Below are positions 1-9,968 of a stretch of 64,000 nt of DNA, piece by piece. Each line of letters begins with the position of its first letter. Position 1 is the first letter of the stretch. The position numbers and the translations under genes were made by a program. The notes beneath the pieces are model-generated. The model saw nothing but the letters and a program-made list of their open reading frames with translations, searched no databases and had not been told where the DNA came from. Origin of the DNA: a virus; IMG/VR virus record IMGVR_UViG_3300046804_002503, positions 1 through 64,000 of that record. The stretch is one strand, 5' to 3'.

Positions 1-1128
1 CCCACCTGCTCCACCACCTCCCCCACCGTAAATTGCCCCTTGATTTTCTATAATTGTATTAGAAGCAAAAACGGCTATTGCGGTTCCTCCGTCTGCCCCT
101 CCACTAGGCTTAACAGAACCAACCCCATCACCATTTCCACCAGTACCTCCTTGACCGCCGGCTCCTAATATTAAACCATAATTAAAAAGGGTTATAGTGT
201 CATTGTCATCTAAATTTCCTAAAATTAAAGCTGGAGCAGTTGGTGTAGTACTATAAACTTTGACACCGGGTTGAACCGTTAACACTACTTCAGATTTGCC
301 AGCTACATAATTAGGATTTTGAGCCACATTGAGGGCTATATCATAATTTGCCGTATTAGAATCTATAGAAAGCTCTACAATTTGGCGTCCAGTAAGAGAT
401 GCATTACTGGATGTCAGTGGTAACGGACAAATTATATTAACTAAATTCCAAGACACCGGCCCTCTAACAAATTTATAAATTTTACTACTAACAAAGTTAG
501 TTCCTTTGCGATATACCTGAGCTGTCATTTCTCGATTAAAATGAGAAAATTCGTTGCTCAAAGAAACTACAGATGCTTTTTCTGGATTTTCTGGATCATA
601 TAATCTGCTATAAAATGGTACTGTTACGTTTATTTTGGAATTAAGATTATAATTTTTTAATGGATGATATTCCTGTAAATAAGCTTTAATAACTGATAAA
701 ATTGTATCCAAATCTGTTTGAGGAGTAAGTGCTACTAAACGTTTTGTTTGAAAATTTAAATCAGATTGAAATTGACGAATAGTAGGATGAAATGCCAAAG
801 ATAGATTGACTGGTAAAATAGTAGTTAATTCATAAGCCTCCCAATAAGAGCTTAACAAGGCTACTGTGGTGGATATTTTATTAAATCTTTCTGTTATAGA
901 AAAGGTTTTACCTAAATTTAAAATTTTAGCATAATCTTCTAATTGATATGCCCCAGATAAAAAATTTCTAAAAGAAGGTATGAAAATATTATCTGGTCCA
1001 AAAAACTCCCCAGACAAATTGCAAATTTTACTTTCTAAGCTTAAAGCATTAAAATTGTGTTTACCAGCATCGTCTCCAATGCTATTTTCTTCAAAAAGTT
1101 GAATAGTATAATCTGTTAGGTCTGACAT
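1..1128 (-). CDS. Virion/baseplate-associated protein with Gly-rich C-terminal region (runs off the left edge; not in the ORF track)
   Basis: ATG at 1128, frame open to base 1: MSDLTDYTIQLFEENSIGDDAGKHNFNALSL...LILGAGGQGGTGGNG...GAIYGGGGGGAGG. Its N-terminus resembles the two upstream ORFs, and the Gly-rich tract is typical of phage receptor-binding/tail proteins. Confidence 0.7.
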   Translation of the reverse strand, partial: MSDLTDYTIQLFEENSIGDDAGKHNFNALSLESKICNLSGEFFGPDNIFIPSFRNFLSGAYQLEDYAKILNLGKTFSITERFNKISTTVALLSSYWEAYELTTILPVNLSLAFHPTIRQFQSDLNFQTKRLVALTPQTDLDTILSVIKAYLQEYHPLKNYNLNSKINVTVPFYSRLYDPENPEKASVVSLSNEFSHFNREMTAQVYRKGTNFVSSKIYKFVRGPVSWNLVNIICPLPLTSSNASLTGRQIVELSIDSNTANYDIALNVAQNPNYVAGKSEVVLTVQPGVKVYSTTPTAPALILGNLDDNDTITLFNYGLILGAGGQGGTGGNGDGVGSVKPSGGADGGTAIAVFASNTIIENQGAIYGGGGGGAGG

Positions 1129-1133
1129 ATATA

Positions 1134-2492
1134 TTATGTAAATATGGACATTGTATCACCCTTTGTATAAACTAAGGCTTTACTATTAAATCTGTCATAG
1201 GCTTGGTATACAAGTCCCTTACCACCATTATATCCTATAGATACCGTAAAGGAGTGTTTTGTTCTGGTGGTGAGATTTTGTATTTTAGCTACATATGTAC
1301 GAGAATAAAATCCTCCAAAAGTTACGGTACTTCCTCCAGGTGGTATTAATTTAGAAATGCCGTTTATATTAATTTCAAAATAATGATCCACAGCTGGTCC
1401 AACACCAACTACCCTTAAGGTAATGAAACCGTTATTATTAACATAATAATATCCCCGCTTTTTTTCGGATCCCATGTCTAAAATTTGTATATTACAGTTT
1501 CCGTTAGTTTGTTGTTCAATAAAATTTTGATTATTTTTACCTATAACAGTGTCATATTCCCATTTACAATTTTTGACCTTAAATTTAATACATTGTAAAT
1601 TTGTGTTTTCTCTAGTGTCTGTATAATTAAATAGTATTTTGGCTTTAATGTAACCAATTCCCAGACTCCACTTTTCTCCATAACTTCCTACATGTAATAA
1701 ATTTTTTTCAGAGGATGTTATTGTACGAGTTTCATATTCTGTGTATGGAATTAAAGATTCTTCCCCGTTTATTGTTACAGCTCGATATTTTGTGACAGGT
1801 ACACGTATAGTTTTTCTATTATCCTCAAAAGGCTTAGTCAAAATAGTAGAATCTACTATATAAGGCGGAGAACTGTAGGAACAATCTACAGGCTTACTAA
1901 CTGGACAGGTTTTAAATTGTCCGTCACAAACCAAATTTGACCCATTGCAACTTACAACTCCACTATATCTTGTGGTGCAATTAGCCCATCCAGTGCCCGG
2001 ATAAACTAAACATGTAGCAGATGCATAAAGGTCTATAGGAAGATTTTCAATTCTAAAATTGTCAGACTGATAATAATTGTAAACAAACGCCTCTTGCCCC
2101 TCTACAAATGATGGTTCAGCATTGAAGCTTGGTAGCACGGGAAAGTAATCATTAATCCATCCAGAAATTGTATATACTAACGTTTCAAAATTTGCAGTAT
2201 TTCTGTAAATGTTGGGCATCATTAGTGCTAGTGGTTTGATCCATCCAGCACTATAAGATTCTACTACAGTTGAAGCCTTCAACCAACGAGCAGAATATTG
2301 CTGAGTGCGAGTAATAGCAAATTCCCAATCTGGTTGGCGCATGGTAAATAGTTGTACCAAAGGCGCCCATAAATTTTTAGCACTAGTTTCCAGGCCTAGA
2401 GTCCAATCACTTAAAGAGCGATAATTTAAATTAATCGTCTCTAAGTCATCTGCTATATAATTGTTTTTGTCTAAAAAAGAAAAATTATACAT
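1134..2492 (-). CDS. Putative virion structural protein (paralog family with 1..1128 and 2494..3315)
   Basis: 452-aa ORF with N-terminal LDKNNYIADDLETINLNYRSL motif, STVVESYSAGW segment and an internal Cys-rich stretch; lies in the structural operon. Confidence 0.55.
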   Translation of the reverse strand: MYNFSFLDKNNYIADDLETINLNYRSLSDWTLGLETSAKNLWAPLVQLFTMRQPDWEFAITRTQQYSARWLKASTVVESYSAGWIKPLALMMPNIYRNTANFETLVYTISGWINDYFPVLPSFNAEPSFVEGQEAFVYNYYQSDNFRIENLPIDLYASATCLVYPGTGWANCTTRYSGVVSCNGSNLVCDGQFKTCPVSKPVDCSYSSPPYIVDSTILTKPFEDNRKTIRVPVTKYRAVTINGEESLIPYTEYETRTITSSEKNLLHVGSYGEKWSLGIGYIKAKILFNYTDTRENTNLQCIKFKVKNCKWEYDTVIGKNNQNFIEQQTNGNCNIQILDMGSEKKRGYYYVNNNGFITLRVVGVGPAVDHYFEININGISKLIPPGGSTVTFGGFYSRTYVAKIQNLTTRTKHSFTVSIGYNGGKGLVYQAYDRFNSKALVYTKGDTMSIFT

Positions 2493-2493
2493 T

Positions 2494-3315
2494 TTAAAAA
2501 ATCGGCTCCCAAGATGTTCTGTCTAAACTTAATTTATATTTAATTCGGATAATTCTACCTACACTTGTATCAGCTGATGTGTCTTGAAAATACAATTGTA
2601 AATTTGTAGAACCAGTTCCTTGACATTTATAAACTGCTGTGTTTTCTTCTAATGTTTTCACACAACTATCATATCCGTTTCCGTTGTTACAAGCATAGTA
2701 GGGTGAATTGCATTCCGTACAATTGACTGCAACTCCTCCCTCAGCTAAACATTGTTCTAAGTAATTTTTATTAAAAATAAAGTCAACTGGTTGATGATGA
2801 TATAAATGTATTAAAACTACAACAGTCTGATTAGGAGCATATTTAAGAGGAGGAAAGTGCTCTTCTAACCAATCTGGAATAACATAATCCGTATAAGAAT
2901 TTGAAGTTGATTGTGCAACGGCTGATAGACTTTGATCTGTCCAAGTTCTATAAGCATACCAATCATCTAGATATAAAATTTCAGGATATATAATGTTAAA
3001 TTCTCTTACCCAATTAGCACTGGAGTTTTCTACTGTGGTAGTTGCATTAACCCAAAAATCTCCGTACGCAAAAATATTAGAAGAAGCAGCCAGCCAGATA
3101 GCACTATATGCAGCAAATAGGCTATAAACTCGATTGTAATCACCAGCTTTTTGTTCTATTTCATACAAAGCAGCACTTAAAGATGTTACGTTAAAATTTA
3201 TAATATCAGCAGAATTACCAATACAGCTGTTTTCATCTATAAGATGAACCAACGAGCATTCTAGGTCCTTTTTTTCAGCTATATTTGGGATGTTAGACAT
3301 ATTAATTAATACCAA
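2494..3315 (-). CDS. Putative virion structural protein (paralog)
   Basis: 273-aa ORF with LIDENSCIGNSADIINFNVTSL, TTTVENSSANW and a Cys-rich insert; the start may be the second Met (MSNIP). Confidence 0.55.
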   Translation of the reverse strand: MVLINMSNIPNIAEKKDLECSLVHLIDENSCIGNSADIINFNVTSLSAALYEIEQKAGDYNRVYSLFAAYSAIWLAASSNIFAYGDFWVNATTTVENSSANWVREFNIIYPEILYLDDWYAYRTWTDQSLSAVAQSTSNSYTDYVIPDWLEEHFPPLKYAPNQTVVVLIHLYHHQPVDFIFNKNYLEQCLAEGGVAVNCTECNSPYYACNNGNGYDSCVKTLEENTAVYKCQGTGSTNLQLYFQDTSADTSVGRIIRIKYKLSLDRTSWEPIF

Positions 3316-6300
3316 TTTATTTTATATAAAGTAGATTGAGCCGGTGCTAATTTTTCTACACTAGACCGAACTGCTGCCTCTACTCGATTTCTGAGCTCTT
3401 CATTGACTGGAAAATTATGAATATTAATGTTGTAGTATTTACTTTTGTTTCCAGGTAATTGCATTTTAAACCAATGTTTAATTTCTTCTATGTAATCCCG
3501 ATTACCCGTAGACATATTCCAAATTAAATTTTTACGTTTAGTAGCTTTGGGGGAACTGTAATAAACTTGATGCATATCACCTTTAGAAAGAAACTTATTA
3601 TAGACCTTCAATTCGGCTACTTGTCCTTTAAATTTATATGTATTTTGAACGCCTATAATGTCATTAATAGAACTGTTTCGAACTGCATCTGTTCCTAATA
3701 ATAAAGAAGATCGATAATCAAAAATTAAACTTTTGTTGGTAGATAAAATCTTATAATCTACTAATTCAGAATCTATAAAATAATTAACTTGCTTTTCAGA
3801 AGAACTAAAAGACAAACCAAATTGATGCCATCCAGGTTTGAGTAGGGTAGCATCATATGTTAAAGATAATATTTCTGTATTAGTACCATCAGCTTCACCA
3901 ATTTTAAGTTTCCAACTAATTTTTTTGGTTCCTATATAAAACTTTCTTAAATTTTGATATCCTGTAAAATCTCCATCTGCAAAGAAATTTAAATTTGAAG
4001 ACGAGATTAATTTTTCTAAATTTAATAAAGACATTTTAGATACTAAATCTCCATTAGATTCTAAAACATAAATTTCATTGTCTCTTTTATCTACTATTAT
4101 AATATAATCTATATAAGTTGATTTATCACACTGAATAATAGTTTCTTGTGGAACTCTTAAAAAGTTAATATATCTATACCTGTCTTTGTAATTAAAACAT
4201 TGTTCATTTAACAAGGAAGATCTTTTTCCTATTCTAACTGTAGAAAAAATCCCATTTTGAGACATTTTAGAAACATAATCTTCACCGTGAAGTAACCACA
4301 AATTATTAGAAGAATCACAAGTAATTTGTTGAGTATATCCTATTGTGGCAAATAAACCAGAAGAACCGTGTTTTAATGTTTCTTTATTAAAAGGTGTCTT
4401 GTATAAATTATTACCTAAGACTTCCCAAATATTTCCATCATTGTCTATAACAGACGTATGACCAAAAATTTCTATTACCTTTACAGTGTTTTTAACTAAT
4501 TGTAATTCTATTCTTTTGGTATTATAGTTATTGATTTTTATTAAATCTATTTGTTTACCATCAGAATTTAATTTAATAACTCTAAAATCATCCAATATTA
4601 ACAAATATAAATTATTTAAATGATCCATCTCTATTTGAGAAACTCCATAATAACCTTCTATCTTGGCTATTAGTCTAGACTCGGCGTCAAATTTATAACC
4701 AATTCCGTTGGCTGTGTCAAAAATCCAAAAAGAAAAATCTGGTAAGCGATTTATTAAATATTTGTCTTGTAAAGATAGAGGATAATTTTTAAGTTGATTA
4801 AAACTAACTTGCTTAAGATTATAATTTAAATTGAAAACTTCTCCATTTGTAGGGTTAAATAAGGTCATCAAAGCTGCTGGTATGGCTGATTCATTTATTA
4901 AACCATATCCACTATTATAAAAATTGCCAAATATTTGTCTTCCCACTATATTTGACCAATCATCTACCTTAACCCACAATGAAACTGCAAAATTGTCTGT
5001 ATCTAATAAACTTGTCTTAGCCGGAAATACTACATGAGTTGTTCCGTCTAAATTTAAATAATCTTGATACAACAAAGGATTATTTTCTGCATATACTTGA
5101 CCGTTATTGTTATAACCAGAATGATCTATTAACGGATTAGAATTCCAACTACTAATTTCTAAAACTTTAGAACCTCTTTCATCTGTAGAATATTCATCTA
5201 TTAAACTAAGATATTTTTTAGAATTTGTTAAACCACTTCTATAATATCTATAAAAAGCTCCGGGTTCTAAATATAATGTAGATGGTTCATCAAAAATGTA
5301 TTCCTTGGTGGGTTCTGTTCTATCATTATAAACCAAAGTTTGAGCACTTAAAGCTTGGTCTAATGTATAATAAGAAGCGTTATAATATCGATCTACCCAA
5401 ATTTTGGGCCCGTTATTGGAACCGGATAACCAAGCACATAACCAAGTATTAGAATATTTAGTAATACTTTCTGGTTGAACATAATCCGGAATACGAGATG
5501 TATAATCTATTTGTCTTAGATATATTCTATCTGAAATTAAAGGATGATGTCCAGCCGTGGCTCCGTCTTCTATTAAACCAGATTCATGAATAGATTTTCG
5601 CGGGGCAGTGGGTGGATAACTAAAAAATGATTCTTTATCATTAACAAAAACTTTTTCAGTTGTACTAGACGTGTATCCTAGGTATATGTTTTCATATCCT
5701 CCAGATTGATTGGTGCCACTAAAAATTTTATTGTATTCTCTATGTGACCCCGACACAGAAGGTCCAAAAGAATAACCATATTCCGGTGTTTGGTGATTTT
5801 TAAGACCACATAATTCTAAATTATAAACGGCTTCGTGTTGTATTATAGAATAGTTTTCAATGGGAAAAATACCTAAATAATTTTGAGCCAAATCTATGGA
5901 TTTAGTAGAGTCTGGTTGGAGGTTTATTTCTCTGTCTAATACTCCAGTAGAATATTTTGTTAAAAAACTATCTAAAACACTTAATTTTTTTTCTGGTTCA
6001 GGTAATAATACTTCACAAGATACAAATTTTAAAAAAACTGTATTCTGTATGGAAGATTCTTCGGACGGATTGTCTACTGTGATTCCGTAATTAGAATTTT
6101 CATAATAATGAACTATATTGTTTTCCAAGTTTAAGTTATCTAAAGATGTATTATTAACAGAAAAATTTCTACGAACAACTAAATTAAAATTAGAGTTAGG
6201 TAAGAATAAACAAATGCCATCTTGAGCTAGTAAATAACTAAATTTTTGAGATAAACTACCACCACGTATTGCTGGTCTAAAGGTTAAAAAATAAGAAGAA

Positions 6301-6818
6301 GGGTCTATTGGATCTAAACCCCAAGTTAATAACAAACCACTTGAATTTTCCAAAGACACAAATTCTGTTTCAGCATCTTCTAATTCTACAGAGGGGTCTG
6401 TGTAGAAATTAAGAGTAAAGACATCAGACTGACTATATTGGGGAGATATAAAAGTTCCAGGAACTAAATTAGCAGCTTTGTCTGATACAAAAAGGTTATT
6501 ATTTACTGTGACTAAAATTTTATCATAAGCACCTTCTTGAGTACTTAACAATGTTTTAAATCTAGAAATGGGAGTAATATCTTCGGGATGATTAATTTTT
6601 AAAAGATTTGAGGATTTGTTTAATTCTGTTAAAAATAGACCAGTTTTTTTGTTACTTGAAAATGACTTATAATTTTTTAAACAAGAAGAAATGTTAAATT
6701 TTAAGTCATTATCAAACAATATAGGTTCAGACAAAACTGAGTATTGTCTGTTTTTGGGCTGAAACCTAACTGGGAACCAACATTGTTTGATGTCTGGAAA
6801 ATTAAAAACATTAGCCAT
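3306..6818 (-). CDS. Large virion protein with a LamG/ConA-like domain split by a beta-propeller
   Basis: LamG N-half (YLNLDG...FAVSLWVK) and C-half (GWHQFGLSF...YFIDS...FKGQVAELKVYNKFLS) flank repeats such as IEMDHLNNLY, VIDNDGNIW, ITCDSSNNLW. Confidence 0.65.
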   Translation of the reverse strand: MANVFNFPDIKQCWFPVRFQPKNRQYSVLSEPILFDNDLKFNISSCLKNYKSFSSNKKTGLFLTELNKSSNLLKINHPEDITPISRFKTLLSTQEGAYDKILVTVNNNLFVSDKAANLVPGTFISPQYSQSDVFTLNFYTDPSVELEDAETEFVSLENSSGLLLTWGLDPIDPSSYFLTFRPAIRGGSLSQKFSYLLAQDGICLFLPNSNFNLVVRRNFSVNNTSLDNLNLENNIVHYYENSNYGITVDNPSEESSIQNTVFLKFVSCEVLLPEPEKKLSVLDSFLTKYSTGVLDREINLQPDSTKSIDLAQNYLGIFPIENYSIIQHEAVYNLELCGLKNHQTPEYGYSFGPSVSGSHREYNKIFSGTNQSGGYENIYLGYTSSTTEKVFVNDKESFFSYPPTAPRKSIHESGLIEDGATAGHHPLISDRIYLRQIDYTSRIPDYVQPESITKYSNTWLCAWLSGSNNGPKIWVDRYYNASYYTLDQALSAQTLVYNDRTEPTKEYIFDEPSTLYLEPGAFYRYYRSGLTNSKKYLSLIDEYSTDERGSKVLEISSWNSNPLIDHSGYNNNGQVYAENNPLLYQDYLNLDGTTHVVFPAKTSLLDTDNFAVSLWVKVDDWSNIVGRQIFGNFYNSGYGLINESAIPAALMTLFNPTNGEVFNLNYNLKQVSFNQLKNYPLSLQDKYLINRLPDFSFWIFDTANGIGYKFDAESRLIAKIEGYYGVSQIEMDHLNNLYLLILDDFRVIKLNSDGKQIDLIKINNYNTKRIELQLVKNTVKVIEIFGHTSVIDNDGNIWEVLGNNLYKTPFNKETLKHGSSGLFATIGYTQQITCDSSNNLWLLHGEDYVSKMSQNGIFSTVRIGKRSSLLNEQCFNYKDRYRYINFLRVPQETIIQCDKSTYIDYIIIVDKRDNEIYVLESNGDLVSKMSLLNLEKLISSSNLNFFADGDFTGYQNLRKFYIGTKKISWKLKIGEADGTNTEILSLTYDATLLKPGWHQFGLSFSSSEKQVNYFIDSELVDYKILSTNKSLIFDYRSSLLLGTDAVRNSSINDIIGVQNTYKFKGQVAELKVYNKFLSKGDMHQVYYSSPKATKRKNLIWNMSTGNRDYIEEIKHWFKMQLPGNKSKYYNINIHNFPVNEELRNRVEAAVRSSVEKLAPAQSTLYKINWY

Positions 6819-6824
6819 TTAATA

Positions 6825-6839
6825 TATTTACTATAAATG
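6825..6839. promoter_or_regulatory. Divergent late-promoter-like boxes (TAAATA on -, TATAAATG on +)
   Basis: TAAATA 6 nt before the ATG at 6818 on minus; TATAAATG at 6832-6839 before the ATG at 6852 on plus; both resemble the T4 late consensus TATAAATA. Confidence 0.4.
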
Positions 6840-7733
6840 TATATATTAGTCATGAATTTGTATGAATATGGTTTAGACTTTTTAGAGAAAAATTCTCCCA
6901 AATATTTAATTACAGACCCTTCTACGGGGATAATTACTGCTACAGATTCTAATACATTTATAGGTGTACAAACCCTTTTCAAAAGTGTAAAAAACAAAAT
7001 TAATTTTTTATGTTATGACATAGGTTTATCAGATGATCAAAAAGAATGGTGTGCCAAAGAGGGTTTAAAAACCAAAGTTATAAAGGATCCAAATTGTAAA
7101 CATTTAGACAAGTGGCAAACCTATATTAAACCGTGGTTTGTAGCAGATAGTCCTTATGAATATACTATATGGATTGATAGTGACTGCATAGTTACTGGAA
7201 ACTTAGCGGAATCTGATTTTATCCGTAACAAACAGTCGTTTTTTATTAAACATTGGATAAAACAAAAATATTTAAATAAAAATCACAAATCTCTTTATAC
7301 CCACCATCCAGTAGCCAACAAAGAAGCTCCAGGTATAAATGCTGGTGTGTTTGGTATTAATAAAAGGGCCAATCATACTATTATAGATAAATGGATGTTT
7401 ATTCTTTTAGAAGCTTTCAAAAATTCTCATATATTAGATGCCATAGCTAATTGGGATGAAGGGGCTCTAAACTGGGCACTGCAAAATGATGACAATTATA
7501 AATTAATTCATAACGATGAAAGGTATAATTGTTTTTCTTCTTTTTTAATAGATGAAGATACCCACGACTTTTCTGTGTATGAACAGTCTATTCTAAGCTT
7601 TGCCAAGAGTGCTTCTTCGCGTTTATTTTTTAAACATGTTTTAGAAAAAGCTAAAGACAAATATATCTTACACTTTTCTACTTGTATGGAAAATAAAATT
7701 AAATACTGGGGAGCTTGGGATTCATCATCCTAG
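6837..7733 (+). CDS. GT-A fold glycosyltransferase (GT8/nucleotide-diphospho-sugar transferase-like)
   Basis: GIITATD, YDIGL, KPW...WIDSD (DxD), INAGVF, WDEGALN, YN motifs; the real start may be the Met at 6852. Confidence 0.75.
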   Translation: MYILVMNLYEYGLDFLEKNSPKYLITDPSTGIITATDSNTFIGVQTLFKSVKNKINFLCYDIGLSDDQKEWCAKEGLKTKVIKDPNCKHLDKWQTYIKPWFVADSPYEYTIWIDSDCIVTGNLAESDFIRNKQSFFIKHWIKQKYLNKNHKSLYTHHPVANKEAPGINAGVFGINKRANHTIIDKWMFILLEAFKNSHILDAIANWDEGALNWALQNDDNYKLIHNDERYNCFSSFLIDEDTHDFSVYEQSILSFAKSASSRLFFKHVLEKAKDKYILHFSTCMENKIKYWGAWDSSS

Positions 7734-8567
7734 ACCCATAGTCTTTTTAGAATTAGCAAAATTAATTAATAAAGAACTTATATCTTCTTCTAATTTCTGG
7801 AGAAGAGATTTTCTATACCAATAATTGACTCTCTTGGCATCTATTAATTTTGCTAATTGGTTTCTAGGAGTCAAGCTTAATAGGGAAGGAAAAAGGTGTG
7901 TACTAACCGGATGTAGGCTAATTACTTCTTCTGTTATTTGTAATACATTATTTTCTATTTCTTCATTTAAGAAGCAGATATTTTTTCTAGTAAAAGAAGA
8001 ATTTTTTAAGATATATCCTATTAATTGATCTTCACATACATATGAATTTTCTTTGAATTCTTTTAAAAGATTTTTATTCTCTAAAATAAAATTAACACAA
8101 GCTTTGCTTAAAGCATAAAAATCTCCAGTCATAAAAGAAAAGGGTTCTTTAAATGCTGGGGGATAAAGGTTTATAGTAGAACGTATGTTATACATCGGAA
8201 GGTCTATGTCTATAACATTCTTAGAAAAATTACTATGTTCTCTTCCTATGTAATCAGCTGACCATTCTATTTTATCCAATAGACTATAGTTGACCAAGGT
8301 GTCATCATCTATTTTAATTACGTAGTCATAGGTAAAATTATTGTGGACATGTTCTAAGCCTTTAAATATTTTTTTATAAAGATTAGAATATCTTTCCTCT
8401 ACATCTAATTGAACTGTGGTGTAAGGTATGTCTATACTTAAATTTTGGTTACCATAAACAAAAATTGGAGTTACGTCTGGGTTTAAATTATTTTTTAAAG
8501 CAAGTACCTGATTGGCTATACGGTCTTTGTTTTGTTCACAAACTGTGATCATTACTATAATTTTCAT
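7725..8567 (-). CDS. Glycosyltransferase, GT31/galactosyl_T (Fringe-like) family
   Basis: VEERYSNLYKK, YVIKIDDDT, GDFYALS, EDQLIG, HPV. Confidence 0.75.
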   Translation of the reverse strand: MKIIVMITVCEQNKDRIANQVLALKNNLNPDVTPIFVYGNQNLSIDIPYTTVQLDVEERYSNLYKKIFKGLEHVHNNFTYDYVIKIDDDTLVNYSLLDKIEWSADYIGREHSNFSKNVIDIDLPMYNIRSTINLYPPAFKEPFSFMTGDFYALSKACVNFILENKNLLKEFKENSYVCEDQLIGYILKNSSFTRKNICFLNEEIENNVLQITEEVISLHPVSTHLFPSLLSLTPRNQLAKLIDAKRVNYWYRKSLLQKLEEDISSLLINFANSKKTMGLG

Positions 8568-9208
8568 TTTTGTATAAACCTTAAAATTTCAAAAGCTTCT
8601 GCATACTCTACACCAGCTTCCATACCCCTTTTGTTAGCATATATTTCTATACCCTTAGCCGATCGTGGGTGTGGAAATTCCTTTATTTCTTCTGGATAAG
8701 CTTCTAAGGCTTTTTGTTTAATGGCTATGTCAGAGGGTTCCAATACCTCATGGTAATGAGGAGAAAAGGTACTTTGATAAGCATTGCCCGCACTGCTAAT
8801 GATTTCTCCACTTAGAATAACTGGAATAGAATTTGGTCCCCATGTACGGGTGGCAATGCGGGCTAGACTTAAAGTTTGATGATGATCCTGGTGGACATCT
8901 AGAGTATGTGGCAAATATAAGATGTCTGGAGATTCGTTACTTAAAAAATCTTCTAGCTTGCATAAAGTGGCTAAACAAAATTCTGTTAATTCTTTTTCTG
9001 TAAAAAGTAAATCTATTTTTTGATGATAATTTAAAACTGACTTAGCTGCCTCCGAACAATTAAATTGCGAACGGGAACGGGTGTCATATGGACCTCTCAA
9101 GAATGCTACAGAAACCTTATTACCCAGACGTACGTGTTTAGCAATAGAACCCCCAAAGCCTAGGACTTCGTCGTCATGGTGTGGTACTAATACTAATACT
9201 TTTTTCAT
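8564..9208 (-). CDS. PIG-L/LmbE family N-acetylglucosaminyl deacetylase
   Basis: VLVLVPHHDDEVLGFGG (PHxDD), HQDH, HPRS, AEAF. Confidence 0.9.
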   Translation of the reverse strand: MKKVLVLVPHHDDEVLGFGGSIAKHVRLGNKVSVAFLRGPYDTRSRSQFNCSEAAKSVLNYHQKIDLLFTEKELTEFCLATLCKLEDFLSNESPDILYLPHTLDVHQDHHQTLSLARIATRTWGPNSIPVILSGEIISSAGNAYQSTFSPHYHEVLEPSDIAIKQKALEAYPEEIKEFPHPRSAKGIEIYANKRGMEAGVEYAEAFEILRFIQK

Positions 9209-9968
9209 TTGAAAATTTAGATAATTCTTTGTTCAGATAAATTTCTCTTTTAATGTTGTCGTTTAAAAATTTGAACTTGTTTAAATAAACTAACTGCTCT
9301 TCTATAGAATTGCAAGTTTTAAGTTTGTCTATCAAAAAGGGGTGAACTGGGTGTATAAATGAAAAGTCTGTAGAAATTTCATAAAACGGAATCCAAGGCT
9401 TGGTAATGTCTTTACGAGAAAATTCTGATTCTGGTAGACACATTCCCACTTTAATGTCTTCGCCTATATATTGTTCTGGTACATTTACAAAAAAATCATA
9501 ACCAAAATTATAAACAGCTTGAGCAGCTTTTCGGTTCAAAAAATAAAGACTACCTTCTGCATAAGACAAATCAAAAGAAGGTTTTTGTATTTTGTAGCTT
9601 TCTGTTTTAATTTTATACCAATGATAAATGCTATTTTTTAAAGATTTGGTATATTTTACAAATAACCCTACATAGTCTTCTTCGTGAGTGTTATTTAAAA
9701 TCTTATCTACATCTACAAAGGTATCATCATCCATTTTTACTAAAACATTTTCTTCTGTGTTTTTTAAAAAATGTTCTATTAAAAAATAAGTCTTGAGCGG
9801 CAAATTTTCATATGCTTCATCTACGTCTACCTCCAGAGAGGGTTCTACCTTTTTTGTAGAATTTTTTCCGTATACAAAATAATAAGCTACATTTTTATTT
9901 TCAAATAAAGATTTTATTTTTGATGCAGCTTCGTAGTTTCCATCGTGGGTGGTGATATAAAAAATCAT
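9174..9968 (-). CDS. Glycosyltransferase, GT31/galactosyl_T family (paralog of 7725..8567)
   Basis: VDEAYENLPLKT, VKMDDDTFV, GSLYFLN, GEDIKVG, HPV. Confidence 0.75.
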   Translation of the reverse strand: MIFYITTHDGNYEAASKIKSLFENKNVAYYFVYGKNSTKKVEPSLEVDVDEAYENLPLKTYFLIEHFLKNTEENVLVKMDDDTFVDVDKILNNTHEEDYVGLFVKYTKSLKNSIYHWYKIKTESYKIQKPSFDLSYAEGSLYFLNRKAAQAVYNFGYDFFVNVPEQYIGEDIKVGMCLPESEFSRKDITKPWIPFYEISTDFSFIHPVHPFLIDKLKTCNSIEEQLVYLNKFKFLNDNIKREIYLNKELSKFSNEKSISISTTP

